From assembly GCA_951406725.2 (NCBI GenBank), contig OX597819.1, positions 42,470,001 through 42,534,000 of the forward strand: a stretch of DNA of 64,000 bases. The letters run 5' to 3'. Position 1 is the first letter of the stretch; the number at the start of each line of letters is the position of its first letter. Both the position numbers and the translations under genes were made by a program. This DNA comes from Octopus vulgaris. Its lineage: Eukaryota. Under the pieces are notes generated by a model that made no database searches, had not been told where the DNA came from, and saw nothing but the letters and a program-made list of their open reading frames with translations. This document shows, piece by piece, positions 1-12,779 of the stretch.

Positions 1-1611
1 ATGACGTTTGTGGTTGTATAAAAGGGTTTGTTGTTGAAAATCATGTGAATAAAAGTGATTATACTTCTATGAAACAAACTATTTCAGCACCTCTTTTTAC
101 AATTACTAATAAATTCAATTATAAAAATATAATAATGATTTTTTAAAACACTGATTGGCCATGAGAGCCCTCCTGAGTAAAACAGGGATTAAGGTGGTTC
201 ATAGGTGAGACATGGTTGAGTAGCACTGGGTTAGATTATGAATAGAGGGATAGACATAGGTGATATAGTGATTTCATGCAGGCATGGCATGAATTTGATT
301 GTTGATCGCCAAATTTCACTTAACAGTTCAACAGCACTTTTCTCACGCTAAAACAATAGTTTTTTTCTGTGAGTGACAGTAGTTACATTTACCAGAGTCC
401 TTATATAAGCAGAATAATGTCTTTTTCACTTGACCCTCCTGCCCTCTTCTCAGCCACCAAAAGTTAGAATTGAGATAACAGGTACCACCAACGAAATCTA
501 TTGTTCTCAAGAGAGAGATACATGTGCTTGCTTATCCACACACACACAAGCACACATAATTTCTGTTTGGAATCATTGAACATAAACTGATGACTATTGA
601 CCTTTCAATAAGGGCTTGAATGGATTGAGAGGCATATGATAAACTGGAGAAGGAAGCAAGGAGTTAAACTCTGCCTTATTAGTTGCTCATTGGTGAAATA
701 GCATAAAAAATATTGGTTATGGTTAAGATTTCTTAATTAATGAAATTTTTCATATAGAAAGCCAATTTGTCAATATCAGTTTCTATATTACTGTATGCAT
801 CTTTAGTGAAATGATGATGAAATCTCCTACAATATGACTATGTGAATTGCTGAAATTATGATATATTGTAAATTTCACGAATATTTGAATGACAGGAAAG
901 CTATCCTGTTTCATAACATGCAGATTATTTTTCCAAAAACATTTGATTAATTGGTTGTGTTTGTTTGTAAAACAGGGGAATGCCTCAAATTTTAGAGGAA
1001 GTGGTTAATTGATTAAATTGATCTTATTACTTGGCCGGCACTTTTTATCAACCATGAAAGGAAGAGAAACAAAGTTAGCCTCAACAGGATTTGAAACTAG
1101 AATATAAAGAGATGGTGGAAATATTGGAAAGTATTTTTCCAACACTCTAACAATGTGCCTCTCTACCATCTTAAGTTTAATAGAATGAAATCTGTGAATG
1201 AATTTTGATGAATTTCTTGTGTAGTTTTAATGAAATTGGTCTTACATTGCCTGCATTTATATCTTTCCTGAGTCATGTAAAAGTTTCCATTTGCATAATA
1301 CTTGGCTGTAATATAAATGGTTCACAGAAAGAATTGCTACTTGTTACTTCAAATAAAGAGTAGTGAACTGATATTAAAACCAAAATTTTCCTTTTGCTAC
1401 TATTAGGATATTTATAATTTTTACTTTCAGGGTTAAAAAATGAATGGTTATACTTATGGGTTTACATGTGGACTTTTGTTTATTTTATATCCTTCTATAT
1501 GTTGGATATACAAATTTCACGAAGCGGGGATAGACGCAACTGTCTTCAGACAATCTACTTCAGATTACTCCACTAAACACAATATTCCAATAAATATAAA
1601 CTCTGAACATC

Positions 1612-2260
1612 GAGATCTCCCAGGAAAAAAAATTTGCTTTTATTTTGATGCAACAGGCCCCCAATATTTAGTAAAAGTATTGGGGTGACAACTGTGCAGG
1701 CTTTAGGGGAGGCCATCCCATGTCTGTTGACTGTGGCGGTCTTGCATAGTGGTGGGCAAGGTTACTTCTTTGTGCCTGGCGCAGCCAGGTTAGCTGCTGG
1801 ACAATCCTTTGCACTATGCACAAAAAAGACTCTTGCTCAGCTGCTGCATTGCGCAGAACATCTGAGGAGCACACTTCTTTTCTGAATGTTTTCCTGGGAG
1901 ACATTTCTTGCCTTAGTAAAGTTCTTCTCTTTAAGGCCCCTGTAGTTCTGGTGGGGTGTCGGGTGGACAAACCAGCAGTTTTTGCCGTTCTCCCCATGCC
2001 AACATTTGCCCTGCAGGTAAAATTTACAGGTTCTTGGGTACCTTCTAGATTTCTTCTTTCCTGTAGGGTTTTGGGTAGCATTGGGTCCTCTGTTGTTTGT
2101 TTGGTGGGTTGGGGTTTCAGTTTTGGTTATTTTGCCTTTGTTTTTGTTTTCCGTCCTCCTTTTTTTCTTCTGTTTTTCTAATTTCTCATTTCTTTGTAGG
2201 ACCACTGGTACATAGGGGCTTCCAGTTACTTCTCCCTTGGCTCCCTATCCTCCCCTATCC
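1612..2260 (-). mobile_element. LINE 5' fragment (CR1/L2-like): ORF1 remnant with a CCCH-type zinc finger, running into the start of the AP endonuclease
   Basis: The 1837..2205 ORF has CKFYLQGKCWHGENGKNCWFVH. Further downstream on the minus strand it reads PILLLNI.GLLHQNKSKFFFLGDL (frameshifted), resembling an APE N-terminus. Stops are present. Confidence 0.55.
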
Positions 2261-2409
2261 TATATATATATATATATATACATATAAAAATTTAGATTCA
2301 AACGAATATGGTACTTAATTTAGATGCACCAGAATTCTGTATGGTGTTATCCATATAAATCCGTGGGGTGATTGTAATCAAACTAAGCAACAAGAATGAC
2401 TCCGGTAAT

Positions 2410-2495
2410 TTGGTACGATCGTTTCGTACAACATCATTTTATTAAATGTTGTAAGTATTACAACAGTTTTAAAATGCTGAGCACTCATCAGCCAA
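2410..2495 (-). ncRNA. Type I hammerhead ribozyme motif (Penelope-like) HHR-1
   Basis: Minus strand: UUGG-CUGAUGA-GUGC...(hairpin UGUUGUAA/UUACAACA)...GUAC-GAAA-CGAUCG-UA-CCAA. Stem I UUGG/CCAA, palindromic stem III ACGAUCGU. Confidence 0.8.
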
Positions 2496-2940
2496 TTATA
2501 GAGGTTTTCTATTAATACAAGTGGCAACATTATAGAGAAGGTAGATATATAGACAAAGATGTGGATTTAAATTTTAAGAACATTTGAGGTAGTGGAGCCC
2601 ATCAACTGACTGGCTAAAATTCAGTTGTTCCAGACTACTGTAAGGTTCTGAGAGGGAAGAACAAATGAAAGGAGACAATAAAGATTTTCTATTTATAGAA
2701 ATGAGGTAAAGGGGATGACAGAGCTCCATATAAAGGAATTTATGTAGAAAACAGGATTGTCACAACTAAATGCCAATTACTACTATTTGATGAACAGATT
2801 TGGCGTTAGGAGAACTAGGTCAATGTCAAGTGGTCACAATAACATTCACAGAGAATGCAGAGACCTTACAAACCCTATGAACATCATCACAACAGTTGGT
2901 CTATAAGTTCTGAGTACTTTGACACGTTAGAATATGTAAT

Positions 2941-3076
2941 GACTAGTGGTTACATGATAATATGCGTTGACGTATAAGAAGATATTTCTGATATCTCCTA
3001 TTATTTATGTGTAGATCAAACATTTTTTCGACCTCGTTTGTAAGATTAGGAAGTAAAGAAATGGTGGTTAAAGAAA
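2941..3076 (+). repeat. Partial 5' LTR of a degenerate Gypsy element
   Basis: About 135-bp direct repeat (GACTAGTGGTTACATGATAA...GAAATGGTGGTTAAAGAAA) with a second copy at 5917-6055; the two flank gag-pro. Confidence 0.65.
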
Positions 3077-3239
3077 CAGGCAATAGAACTCTGTCTATTC
3101 TCTGTCAGTGTATTCGATACCGTAATGTTCGCGAATTAGAGAATCTTCCTTCCACTAGCAGTTACAATTTTATTTATTGATCCTCTTTTGCTTCTAATCG
3201 TTGCCTTGCTTTGTAGACGTCACTGCCCATCGGACAGCG

Positions 3240-4650
3240 TGGCAACAGTCCCATTCAATGAAAGTCTCACCCGACAAGGTCCGTCACCCCGTCATCGCCG
3301 CAGCTGTAAGTAACGAGGAGTGACCTTACTTTGAACTGAGATGTTAAGACTACACACAAGCCATTGGACTTAGGTGTAACGACGTAGTCTTCCAGTTTCT
3401 CAAATTCTGAAATGAAACCTTTAGAAAAGATCTCATATGGACGTTCGGTGCACTGGCCTTCAGCGATGAGGGAACAGACCTCACTCACATTAAGTCCATG
3501 GCTGTCCGCCAAGAAAATGTGATGGGCGTTCGTGTGCAGGTATAGCAAATGCGCCTGGATCGAGACGAACCTGTTGGGAGATTTGATGCATGCCTTCGAT
3601 GGCAGTCATGTGTCTGTAACTTTGAAGTTGAATGCCGCTGGGAGGTCTTGTATGCCACGATTGATTACAGCGACGTCATAGTTCGCGATGCTCTTGTATG
3701 TGTGTTGGAGGACGAGGAGATACACCTTGACACCATCGGTGACTCCAAGTAAGAGATGACCTTGGAAGAAGCCTCGATGTACGTCGAGAAAAAACTGCAA
3801 AACGCTCAGCCAGCCACTTCTTGGGCCACAGCACTTCCTCAATCATCGCGGCCTCCAGTTCATATAGGCAGCAGGTGCAGCGTTTGGGCAATAAATGCGG
3901 CAAACCCATGATACACCCACCTCAAATCCCAGCAGTCACTGCAGAAAACACAATTACAGACGTCATGTACAGGAACGCGTGAAGAAATGTTCCGCCTACA
4001 ACCACAAATAGGCTACGTGTGGCATCCTGTATCACAATGAGAATGTCTTCCACCGATAACGCCGTCTTCATCGGCAGGTTCCAACCAACGCAGCTGTCAC
4101 GGAAGACCACGCATCTGCAATATTCGACAGCCTATGGCTTCTGGTCGACCTCCCTAACGAATCCTCTACTCAAACTATAATTCTTGACCACCATATATAT
4201 AATGAACCCTGCTACTCGTGGGGGAAAAGTTCTTCCGATCCCCATCCTTTTATCACTAACTTAATTCAAGCAGACACACTTTCCACGAAGGCATCGGGTT
4301 TCGCCACTTCCCTTTCACGACCGACCCAAGTTATCCGTCACAACGCTATGGCAGACACTGGATGCCAGTCGTGCCTAGTTGGACGAAGTCTATGGAAACA
4401 GGGCCTGGACCAGCGTCAATGTAAATTGGTCAAGATAAAAATGAGTGCTGCTCACAGCAGCTCCATAGATATCAACAGTGTCCTGACCCTACGAATATCT
4501 GGGACTACTCCATCATCTGCGAAGTGCACGACCCGTCTATTTACGTACATCATTCCTTCAAGTGACAAACTTTTTCTTTCCAAGGAAGTGTGTTCCACCC
4601 TCGTGTTCTTCCTCTCAACTTCTTCAGAATTGGCGAAAGCTGTGTGAATG
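3240..4650 (+). pseudogene. Decayed Ty3/Gypsy gag + aspartic protease
   Basis: Plus-strand reading gives KVRHPVI..YFELR..FRKDL..AVRQENVM..QMRLDRDEPV..DYSDVIVRDALV..EDEEI (gag), then decayed zinc knuckles (SHCRKHNY..KKCSAYNHK*ATCGILYH), then the protease motif ADTGCQSCL at 4348. Many stops. Confidence 0.8.
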
Positions 4651-4745
4651 TAGTCATCATGATAGAAACATCTCGAAACGATGTTATCTACTTCGTATTC
4701 ACATCGATTGGAAAAAGAGACAACTAACCCTAAACCTCACTATAA

Positions 4746-4749
4746 CACA

Positions 4750-4788
<39 letters not shown>

Positions 4789-4853
4789 ACACACATACAT
4801 ACATACATACATACATACATACATACATACATACATACATGCATACATACATA
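4746..4853. repeat. (CA)n/(CATA)n microsatellite
   Basis: Visible simple repeat. Confidence 0.95.
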
Positions 4854-5402
4854 CGTTCTGTTGTGTAGAAAGGAAACGATTCAATGTATCTATCAGAAAA
4901 GGGCAGATCCTTATCCCATTTAATACCCATTTAATATTTGTGTTGGCGTACGGGACCGCAAAAATTGGGTATAGAGTAGTTTATAATTATGCCCATCGTT
5001 TTTAAAGGGAGATTATATTTAAATAATTGCCATTTCAAAGTAATGGCAAGAGTTGTGTTTCTTGTCGATTAAGGGAGGTAATTTGAAGTGTTTGGCACTT
5101 CCCCAACGTTGATTGTTAGAGTTACCTCCCTTACAGTGGGATTTATATTTTTGAATTTTTAAGTGAGATTTTTACCTTGAAATATCGTAAATGTGTCTTA
5201 AATTTGGCAGGTATGATATATATGGACCCAAGGGTATAGAAGTGAAATCAACTCAGACGGAAATTGAACTCAGCACATAGAGTCTGACCAAATACAACTC
5301 GTATCTTTCATTATACATAGACACACAAACATACATGTGTGTGTGGCTCTCTGTCTCTCTCTCTCTCTTTATATATATATATACAGATATAGATACACAT
5401 GC

Positions 5403-5437
<35 letters not shown>

Positions 5438-5830
5438 GTGTATATATGTATATATGTATCTGCATGTGTGTGTGTAGTGTTTCCGTGAAGGTTTGTGTAT
5501 GTGTGAACGTCTGTGCGTTGGGCGTCTTGTATACGTGCGTTTGTATCTATGTGTATGTGTGTTTGGGTGAGGTTTAGGGTTAGGGCAATAGGGTTAGTTG
5601 TCTCTCTGACTCTCGTACACGATAACTTCGACATAGGTCCACATTGTTCGTCTTACGGCTGCTACTCGTCTTTCACTTTGTCGCCTCCATCTCTGAACTT
5701 TACTCTTTTCTTTTCTAATAAGTCTTGTTCCTTTCGTGAAGTAGAAAACATCTTGTTATATTAGTAACAAATATTCAATCAAGCCCTATTCCCTAATACA
5801 ATAGCAGGGATGTAACCAAGGAAGGCAACA

Positions 5831-6055
5831 TGTAGTTATTCTACTGTTTACCATAGGATATAGCGATTTCCTGTTACACGTATTTGTGAAGATATTATGT
5901 TTACATTATGAAAAGGACTAGTGGTTACATGATAACATCCGTTGTCGCATAAGGAGAAGATATTGCTGATATCTCCTGTCATTTATGTGTGGTTCAAAAG
6001 TTTTTTTCGACCTTGTTTGTGAGATTAAGAAGTAAAGAAATGGTGGTTAAAGAAA
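5831..6055 (+). repeat. 3' LTR (truncated) of the Gypsy element
   Basis: Purine-rich AAGGAAGGCAACA precedes TGTAG; contains the direct repeat of 2941-3076. Confidence 0.6.
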
Positions 6056-6079
6056 TATCTATATATAAATATATATATA

Positions 6080-6435
6080 TACTAGCAGTATCGCCCGGCG
6101 TTGCTCGGGTTTGTAAGGGAAATAACTATATAAGCATTTTTAGAGAGTTATAGCAAAAAATGCATTAAAAATGGAACAAAAAATGATGGTAAATTTTTTT
6201 TTAAATCGTTGACTCAGTGTCTTCAAGCCATGAAGTCGTTGTTCTAAAAGAACGCTGGTCTCCTTGACAACGCTTTACGACGTTGATTTCCTTACACTCC
6301 CTTCCCCACAGCTTCACGAGGGAGGGAAGAAGGGGAAGCAACGCAGGTGCAGCTGTGACCATGGACGCCAACTCCGCCGCCATCGACACACGAAAAATTA
6401 TGCATTAAAATGGAATAAAAAATGATGTTAAATTA
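6080..6435. mobile_element. Helitron/Helentron-like non-autonomous fragment
   Basis: Terminus ACTAGCAGTATCGCCCGGCGTTGCTCGGG (CTAG plus GC hairpin) next to (TA)n. Confidence 0.5.
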
Positions 6436-6437
6436 TT

Positions 6438-7030
6438 TTGAATTACGCGTGCTTTCAGTGGTGTTCACTAATGTGTTCACTAATGACCACCACCGAAAGC
6501 GCGCGTAATTCAAAGTTTTTCACTTTGATATCATCACGTGAGAAAAAATTTCTAGCATGAGGGAGTAGCTAAAAAAAATCTGTCGGATGGAGTTATATAT
6601 GGTTATGTAGAAAAATGGTTTCAATTAGAAAAGGAACATTTCTAGAAAATAGTAAATTGAAGTGTGAACAAATTATTGATATATTATATTAATTGGACAA
6701 AAGAAGCAACTTACAGAGCATAGGTATCACATTTATTTTTAAACTGAACTTCATTTGTTTTATTTTTGTATATTTTTATATTCTAAATAATTTGCAATTT
6801 CAAAAAATATATTAATTTTGCGTTTTTTAATTTGATAAATTCTACGGAATAATTTTGCGCGTTATATACATTCGCGTTTGTGTAAAAAAAATTATTATTT
6901 AAGTTTTATAAATTATTTACTTTGTTCAAAAAATATTATTAATATTAATTAATTTTCAAGAATTATTTAATCGATATAATTAATTCATTAATTTTATTCT
7001 GTAAAATAGTAATTAATTCATTTATCTGTA
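6438..7030 (+). mobile_element. Internal fragment of the GG-TIR element family seen intact at 61470-63189
   Basis: Shares GTTTCAATTAGAAAA..CATTTCTAGAAAATAGTAAATTGAAGTGTGAAC and downstream AT-rich blocks with 62036-62940. Confidence 0.7.
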
Positions 7031-7144
7031 AATCGCTATGTTGTCATTCAGGCAGCTAGAAATAGCAGCCAGATTTCCCTCCAATAACACTTTATTGTCT
7101 TAAAAAGCAGAAAGGTATCTAAAAAATTCGTTTTTTTTTTGTTT

Positions 7145-7485
7145 TTGAGGTCAGGGGTCAGGTTACTTGATTCCACGCAAAAAATCTGATTTTTTTTATT
7201 CCATGTGAAAATTCCGGGGGGGGGGGTGTTACCCCCCTTTCCGGACCAAAATATGGGATTTGCAGCATATTAGGAGGTCAGGGTACTTGATTCCACGCAA
7301 GAAATCTGAGGTTTTTTTTTTTTCCCCTTGTGAAAATTCCGAGGGGGGGTTACCCCCCCTTTTTTTCCGGAGCAATTCCGGACCAAAATATGGGATTTGC
7401 AGCATATTAGGAGGACAGGGTACTTGATTCCACGCAAAAAATCCGAGTTTTTTTTTTTTTTTCTTAGTGAAAATCGTGCGGGTGT
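7145..7485 (+). repeat. About 2.5 tandem copies of a ~130-bp unit (TACTTGATTCCACGCAA...GGACCAAAATATGGGATTTGCAGC); related copy near 48630-48695
   Basis: Direct repeats near 7160, 7280 and 7420. Confidence 0.75.
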
Positions 7486-7570
7486 TAATCTGTATTTTTA
7501 CCCTTAGTTGTGCCCATGACTTGGTGTTTGCTTCTTTCATGGGTATGAGTAAGTATCTCATTTATTTCTT

Positions 7571-7639
7571 TTACCACATGTATCACTGACGAAGAGAGGG
7601 CTCTTAGTAGCTAACTCTGAAATCGGTCCGATATGGTAA
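7571..7639 (+). ncRNA. Type I hammerhead ribozyme motif HHR-2
   Basis: UUACCA-caug-UAUC-a-CUGACGA-AGAG..CUCU-GAAA-UCGG-UC-c-GAUA-UGGUAA. Bulged stem I, stem II AGAG/CUCU, GUC site. An A.C mismatch next to the core suggests partial decay. Confidence 0.7.
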
Positions 7640-7889
7640 GAATGGAATTTTTTAGAAATTTCTGTCGACCTTTATTCGAGTAGCGTGCGTATTGTGAAAA
7701 AACTATATGGTTAATGGACAATATGTCCAATTTTTCGGCATATTTGGCATTAGAAATTTTTTTTCCCTTGCCCTCATTTATGAATTATATAAATTTAACC
7801 GTTAAAGGTATTTTTTAATATGCTGGCCATTGATAAAATTGTTTTCGAGAAAATATTTTTTTTTCGAAAAGAATTTTATCCTCACATTT

Positions 7890-7920
<31 letters not shown>

Positions 7921-7945
7921 GTATGTATAAATATATATACTATTC

Positions 7946-8540
7946 TGCTGTTGGCCCTTATAGATTCCCCGCTAGTCTCCTGAAGGAATGTAGACACCAA
8001 CTTGCAGTCCCTCTAACCAACCTCTAGAGAAATTCATTAGACTCAGGTTATATACCGAAACAGCTTCTATCCCAGTCTGTCATCCTGGTTTTCAAATAGG
8101 GAAACATCCCTCACAGTCAACTATCGCCCAATCTCACTCACCTTCCACATCATCAAAGTGTTTGAAAGAGTGTTAAGATCAAAGATAGCTGACTTCCTGG
8201 AGACCCACAAACTCTTAAATGCAAATCAGCATGGCTTTCGCTGTGGCAGGGACTCTCTAACACAGCTCTTACACCACATTGAGGATATACTTAAAGCCTT
8301 GAGAACAGGTTCGAATTCTGATGTCATATACCTTGACTTCAGTAAAGCATTCAACAGGGTTGACCATAGTATCCTACTCTCAAAATTGGCAAATGTTGGA
8401 ATACATGGAAAACTTCTACACTGGATTAAGTATTTCCTGGCGAATAGAACACAACATGTTATAGTCGACGGAGTCCACTCAAGCCCAGCAAAAGTCACCT
8501 GTGGTGTCCCTCAGGGGACTGTCTTGGGCTCGCTACTCTT
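7946..8540 (+). mobile_element. LINE (CR1/Jockey-group) reverse transcriptase fragment
   Basis: NQHGFR, VIYLDFSKAFNRVDH and GVPQGTVLG motifs; stops and frameshifts upstream; ends before YADD. Confidence 0.9.
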
Positions 8541-8542
8541 TG

Positions 8543-8805
8543 ACTGGCTTGACTAGCTTCCGTGCCGGTGGCATGTAAAAAGCACCAACCAATCATGGCC
8601 GCTGCAAGCCTTCCCTGATACCTGTGCCGGTGGCACATTAAAAGGCACCCACTACACTCACGGAGTGGTTGGCATTAAGAAGGGCATCCAGCTGTAGAAA
8701 CACTGCCAGATCAGACTGGAGCCTGGTGCAGCTTCCTAGCTTCCCACACCCCGGTCAAACGGTCCAACCCATGCTACCATGGAAAACGGATGTTAAACGA
8801 TGATT
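8543..8805 (+). mobile_element. RTE 3'-UTR/tail repeat; other copies at 15201-15498, 26660-26910, 37320-37485(-), 60025-60215 and 62290-62702
   Basis: TGGCACGTAAAAAGCAC repeats ...CCGTCCAACCCATGC...CGTTAAACGATGATG; same architecture as the tail of the LINE at 42180-42682. Confidence 0.85.
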
Positions 8806-8899
8806 ATATATATATATATATATATATACAATTTTGTGTACGAGAGTAAATGTACATAGGTATATGTGTATGGATATATATATATATATACACACACAA

Positions 8900-8934
<35 letters not shown>

Positions 8935-9248
8935 AACACAGACACACACATGTATTTACTGGTTGGTGGGGTGAAGAAAAGAAAAATAAGAGACAGGAAG
9001 AGATGAAGGGGAGTTACATGGACAGTGAAGAGCTCACGCACACAAATGCACACACACTCAAATGTACACATACGTCCACACACCACGCATACATATGGCT
9101 ATGTGCAGTACATAGCGATACATGCATGCGCCCAGGTACACACACGCAGAGAAAGACGCAAGTAGGAAAATAGACATAATGTGGGAATTTAAGAGTCTGT
9201 AGAGTCAGGAGCATTCATGTGCAGGAATTTGACAGGGGCTGTGTAGAA

Positions 9249-9408
9249 GATTATCCATTATGAACTGCTTGAACAGAACCAAACGGTCAACGCGGAACTC
9301 TATGTTCAACAGATGGAACAACACAACATGGCTATTCAAGAGAAAAGACCTAATCGGCAGCATGGAGTTCTTCTGCTTCATGACAACGTCTTCCCTCATA
9401 TCACCAAA
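9249..9408 (+). mobile_element. Mariner transposase fragment (central catalytic part)
   Basis: IIHYELLEQNQTVNAELYVQQMEQ..IQEKRP..VLLLHDN. Confidence 0.8.
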
Positions 9409-9435
9409 TTCAGATAGAGAGAGAGTTTTTAAGGA

Positions 9436-9466
<31 letters not shown>

Positions 9467-9500
9467 TTATCTATCTATATATTTCTCTCTCTGTCTCTGT

Positions 9501-9621
<121 letters not shown>

Positions 9622-10169
9622 AATAATATAATAAATAAATAAAATATATGCATATATATACATACATATATGTACATACTTACATCTACATGTATATATA
9701 CATGCATATATATATATATGAATACAGGACACCACAAATAAACGTAGAACACAACGAGAGATGAAAACATAAAATCAAACAAGGAAACAGACTTTTTTTA
9801 ACAACGAAAAAACAAGGAAACGGACTTCTTTAAAACAACGAAAAAACAGAGTACAGAACAAACAATACAAGGAAAATTCTCCTTCATCAGCTGCCCCTGG
9901 TTCGACTCAATGCGTATTTCGAAGGTAAGGGCAGAACACGGCCAGGCCGAAGCAGTCCTTCCTGCAAAAGGAATTAAATAAAATTCTTTTGCAGAGGGGT
10001 AAAACAAGTGACAAGAACAGGACGTAAAAGCAATACAAATGAAGAAAAAACAGTAGAAAAAACAGTACAAATAAAGAAACAGGACAGGGAACCAACAATA
10101 AGGGCTTTTTTTGCCTAGACGGTGGAAAAATTAGTTAGAACGCATGTGAAAAATCGGCTTGCAAAGGAC

Positions 10170-10188
10170 ATATATACATGTATATATG

Positions 10189-10277
<89 letters not shown>

Positions 10278-10430
10278 ATGTGTGTATATATATATATATA
10301 TACATGTATATTTATGTGTATATATTTATATATATATACATGTATATATGAGTATATATATATATATATACATGTATATATGTATATATATATATATATA
10401 TACATGTATATATGTGTGTGTGTGTATATA

Positions 10431-10477
<47 letters not shown>

Positions 10478-10518
10478 ATATGTGTATATATATATATATA
10501 TACATGTATATATGTGTG

Positions 10519-10549
<31 letters not shown>

Positions 10550-10663
10550 ATATATATATATATACATGTATATATATATATATATATATACATATATATA
10601 TACATATATATATATACATATATATATATATACATATATATATATACATATATATACATATAC

Positions 10664-10712
<49 letters not shown>
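10170..10712. repeat. Long (TA)n-derived low-complexity tract; similar tracts at 39228-39445 and 39828-40166
   Basis: Visible simple repeat; source of the many YI-rich spurious ORFs. Confidence 0.95.
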
Positions 10713-10715
<3 letters not shown>

Positions 10716-10762
10716 ATAATAATAAAGGGTAAAATTAATTAATCAATTTATAATTAATAATC

Positions 10763-11197
10763 TCGTTCTGGCCATCCAGTTGAGTTCGATGAAGAGCGAT
10801 TAAACCAACTTTTGCACAAAAATTCAATCGACAGGGAACTGGCAGAGAAAATGGAATGCTCCCACACTGCTATAGAGAAGCACCTTCATTCAATGGGAAA
10901 GGTGCAGATGTATGGAGGATGGGTTCCGAAAGCTTTAAGTGACAACAACAAAAATCAATGAACCACAATCTCTGCTGGTTTGCTTGCTCATCACCGCTCA
11001 ACTCATGGACACAAGCAACGATTTCTTTACCGAATCGTCACTGGCGACAAAAAGTGGTGCCTGTACATCAATACGAAGCAGGAAAGGAATGGCTTAGCTC
11101 TGGTAAACAAGCGACACTGCACATGAAACAAGATCTCCATCCGCATAAAATGATGTTGTGCGTATGGTGGGACTGGGAAGGGATTATCCATTACGAA
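10763..11197 (+). mobile_element. Mariner transposase fragment (HTH, WVP linker and first catalytic D)
   Basis: RSGHPVEFDEERL..ELAEKMECSHTAIEKHLHSMGK..WVPKALS..FLYRIVTGDKKW..MLCVWWDWEGIIHYE, with frameshifts. Confidence 0.85.
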
Positions 11198-11754
11198 TAG
11201 AATAGAAGGTAAAATTGTATGTGCATCTACACATATTAATGGATGGCCGTTGACTACTCATGAGTAATTCATATATATATATATATATATATATAGGTGA
11301 GGGTCCAACTTGACTCTGCCTGAGATTTGAAACCAAATCCACTGGCTTATTGCTTGTCAAAACGAGCAGGATCCACAACACTAGTTGATTGATGAGAAAA
11401 CACTCCACACCCTAGGACCTGTACTGGTCGAAGAAAGGTCAGACCTTTGTTTAAGGCTTGACCTACATTACTAAACATAGCCTATATAATAGAGAGAATT
11501 TTCTATCTGTTCCTCTTATGCCTCAGGTAAACAAATAGATATATGTAAATAACACTTCTTGGTGTTAATTCTTCTATGTTCACTGGTTACTTTGACGCTA
11601 GAACCTTGGAGTGTTATATATGTACACTACATTTAGTTGTGGGCTATTTCATATTGATTGATATGGCACATCACATGCAGTTCACTACATATATATACAC
11701 ATATATATGTATACATACATATATATATATATATATGTATGTATACATAAAGAT

Positions 11755-11967
11755 GGCGAGCTGGCAGAAACGTTAGCACGCCGGGCGAAATGCGTAGCCG
11801 TATTTCGTCTGCAGTTACGTTCAGGGTTCAAATTCCACCGAGGTCAACTTAGCCTTTCATCCTTTCGGGGTCGATAAATTAAGTACCAGTTACATACTGC
11901 AGTTGATCTGATCAACTTAATCCGTTTGTCCCCTCTGTGTTTAGCCCCTTGTGCGTAGTAAAGAAAT
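11755..11967 (+). mobile_element. tRNA-derived SINE family S1; other copies at 20500-20888(-), 23217-23385, 56508-56960 (both strands) and a degenerate one at 960-1170(-)
   Basis: GGCGAGCTGGCAGAAACGTTAGCACGCCGGGCGAAATGC head with B-box-like GTTCAAATTCC; many dispersed copies. Confidence 0.85.
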
Positions 11968-11984
11968 ATATATATACACACACT

Positions 11985-12384
11985 CTCTTTACATGTTTCA
12001 GTCATTTGACTGCAGACATGCTGGAGCACTGCCTTTAGTCGAGCAAATCGACCCCAGGACTCATTCTTTGTAAGCCTAGTACTTGTTCTATCAGTCTCTT
12101 TTGCCAAACCTCTAAGTTACACGGACGTAAACACACCACCATCGGTTGTCAAGCAATGTTGGTGGTCAAATACAGACACACAAACATAAACACTCACATA
12201 CATATATATATACATATATACAACAGGCTTCTTTCAATTTCTGTCTACCTAATCCACTCACAAGGCTTTGGTCGACCTGAGGCTCTAGTTGAATACACTT
12301 GCCCAAGGTGCCATGCAGTAGGAACGAACCCAGAACCATGTGGTTGGAAAGCAAGCAACTTACCACACAGCCACTCCTGTGCCT
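11985..12384 (-). mobile_element. tRNA-derived SINE family S2; other copies at 15896-16335(+), 23405-23793(-), 26196-26603(-), 27296-27645(+), 34603-34985(+), 38318-38690(-) and 53127-53280(-)
   Basis: GGAGTGGCTGTGTGGTAAGTAGCTTGC...GGTTCAGTCCC head, internal microsatellite, tail GGTGCTCCAGCATGGCCGCAGTCAAATGACTGAAAC. Confidence 0.85.
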
Positions 12385-12386
12385 AC

Positions 12387-12420
<34 letters not shown>

Positions 12421-12779
12421 GTTCATATACATATAAGTATATATATGAGAGGTACTGGTATCTAGAAGACCCAATGAGTGGCAGGTAAGGCTAAGGAAGT
12501 GCAATGGACAGACCCTAGTTAAACTCTTGGTTCGATAGTGATATGAGTGAGGAGTTTAATGTGGGTCTTGTATTAGTCTGAGCATGCATGTGTATGTATA
12601 TATGTGTGTGTTTAAATGTATGCATATATGCACATGCATATGTACATGTTTGTGCACATATGTCATTATACCTTCTTTCTTCCTTTCTGATTCCTACCCA
12701 TCACATACGTTTATTTACAGAAATTTGACATCCTTGTATTCTTCCTTCCTTTTAAATTTTACTACTACATGCATGGTTG

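Noticed and set aside
585-625. CTGATGA followed by the hairpin TATTGA/TCAATA
   Set aside because: Lacks an adjacent GAAA and closing stems.
811-853. ATGATGA...CTGA as a C/D box snoRNA
   Set aside because: Too short, with no terminal stem or recognisable guide sequence.
1515-1556. CUGAAGA...GAAA on the minus strand
   Set aside because: No pairing for stem I or stem III; not a credible hammerhead.
9860-9930. CUGAUGA-AGGA/UCCU hairpin on the minus strand
   Set aside because: No GAAA after stem II, and a type II register does not pair properly.
10115-10742. Long YI/CV/HT-rich ORFs here and at about 4700, 5300, 9500, 38100 and 39200-40160
   Set aside because: Translations of (TA)n/(CA)n microsatellites.
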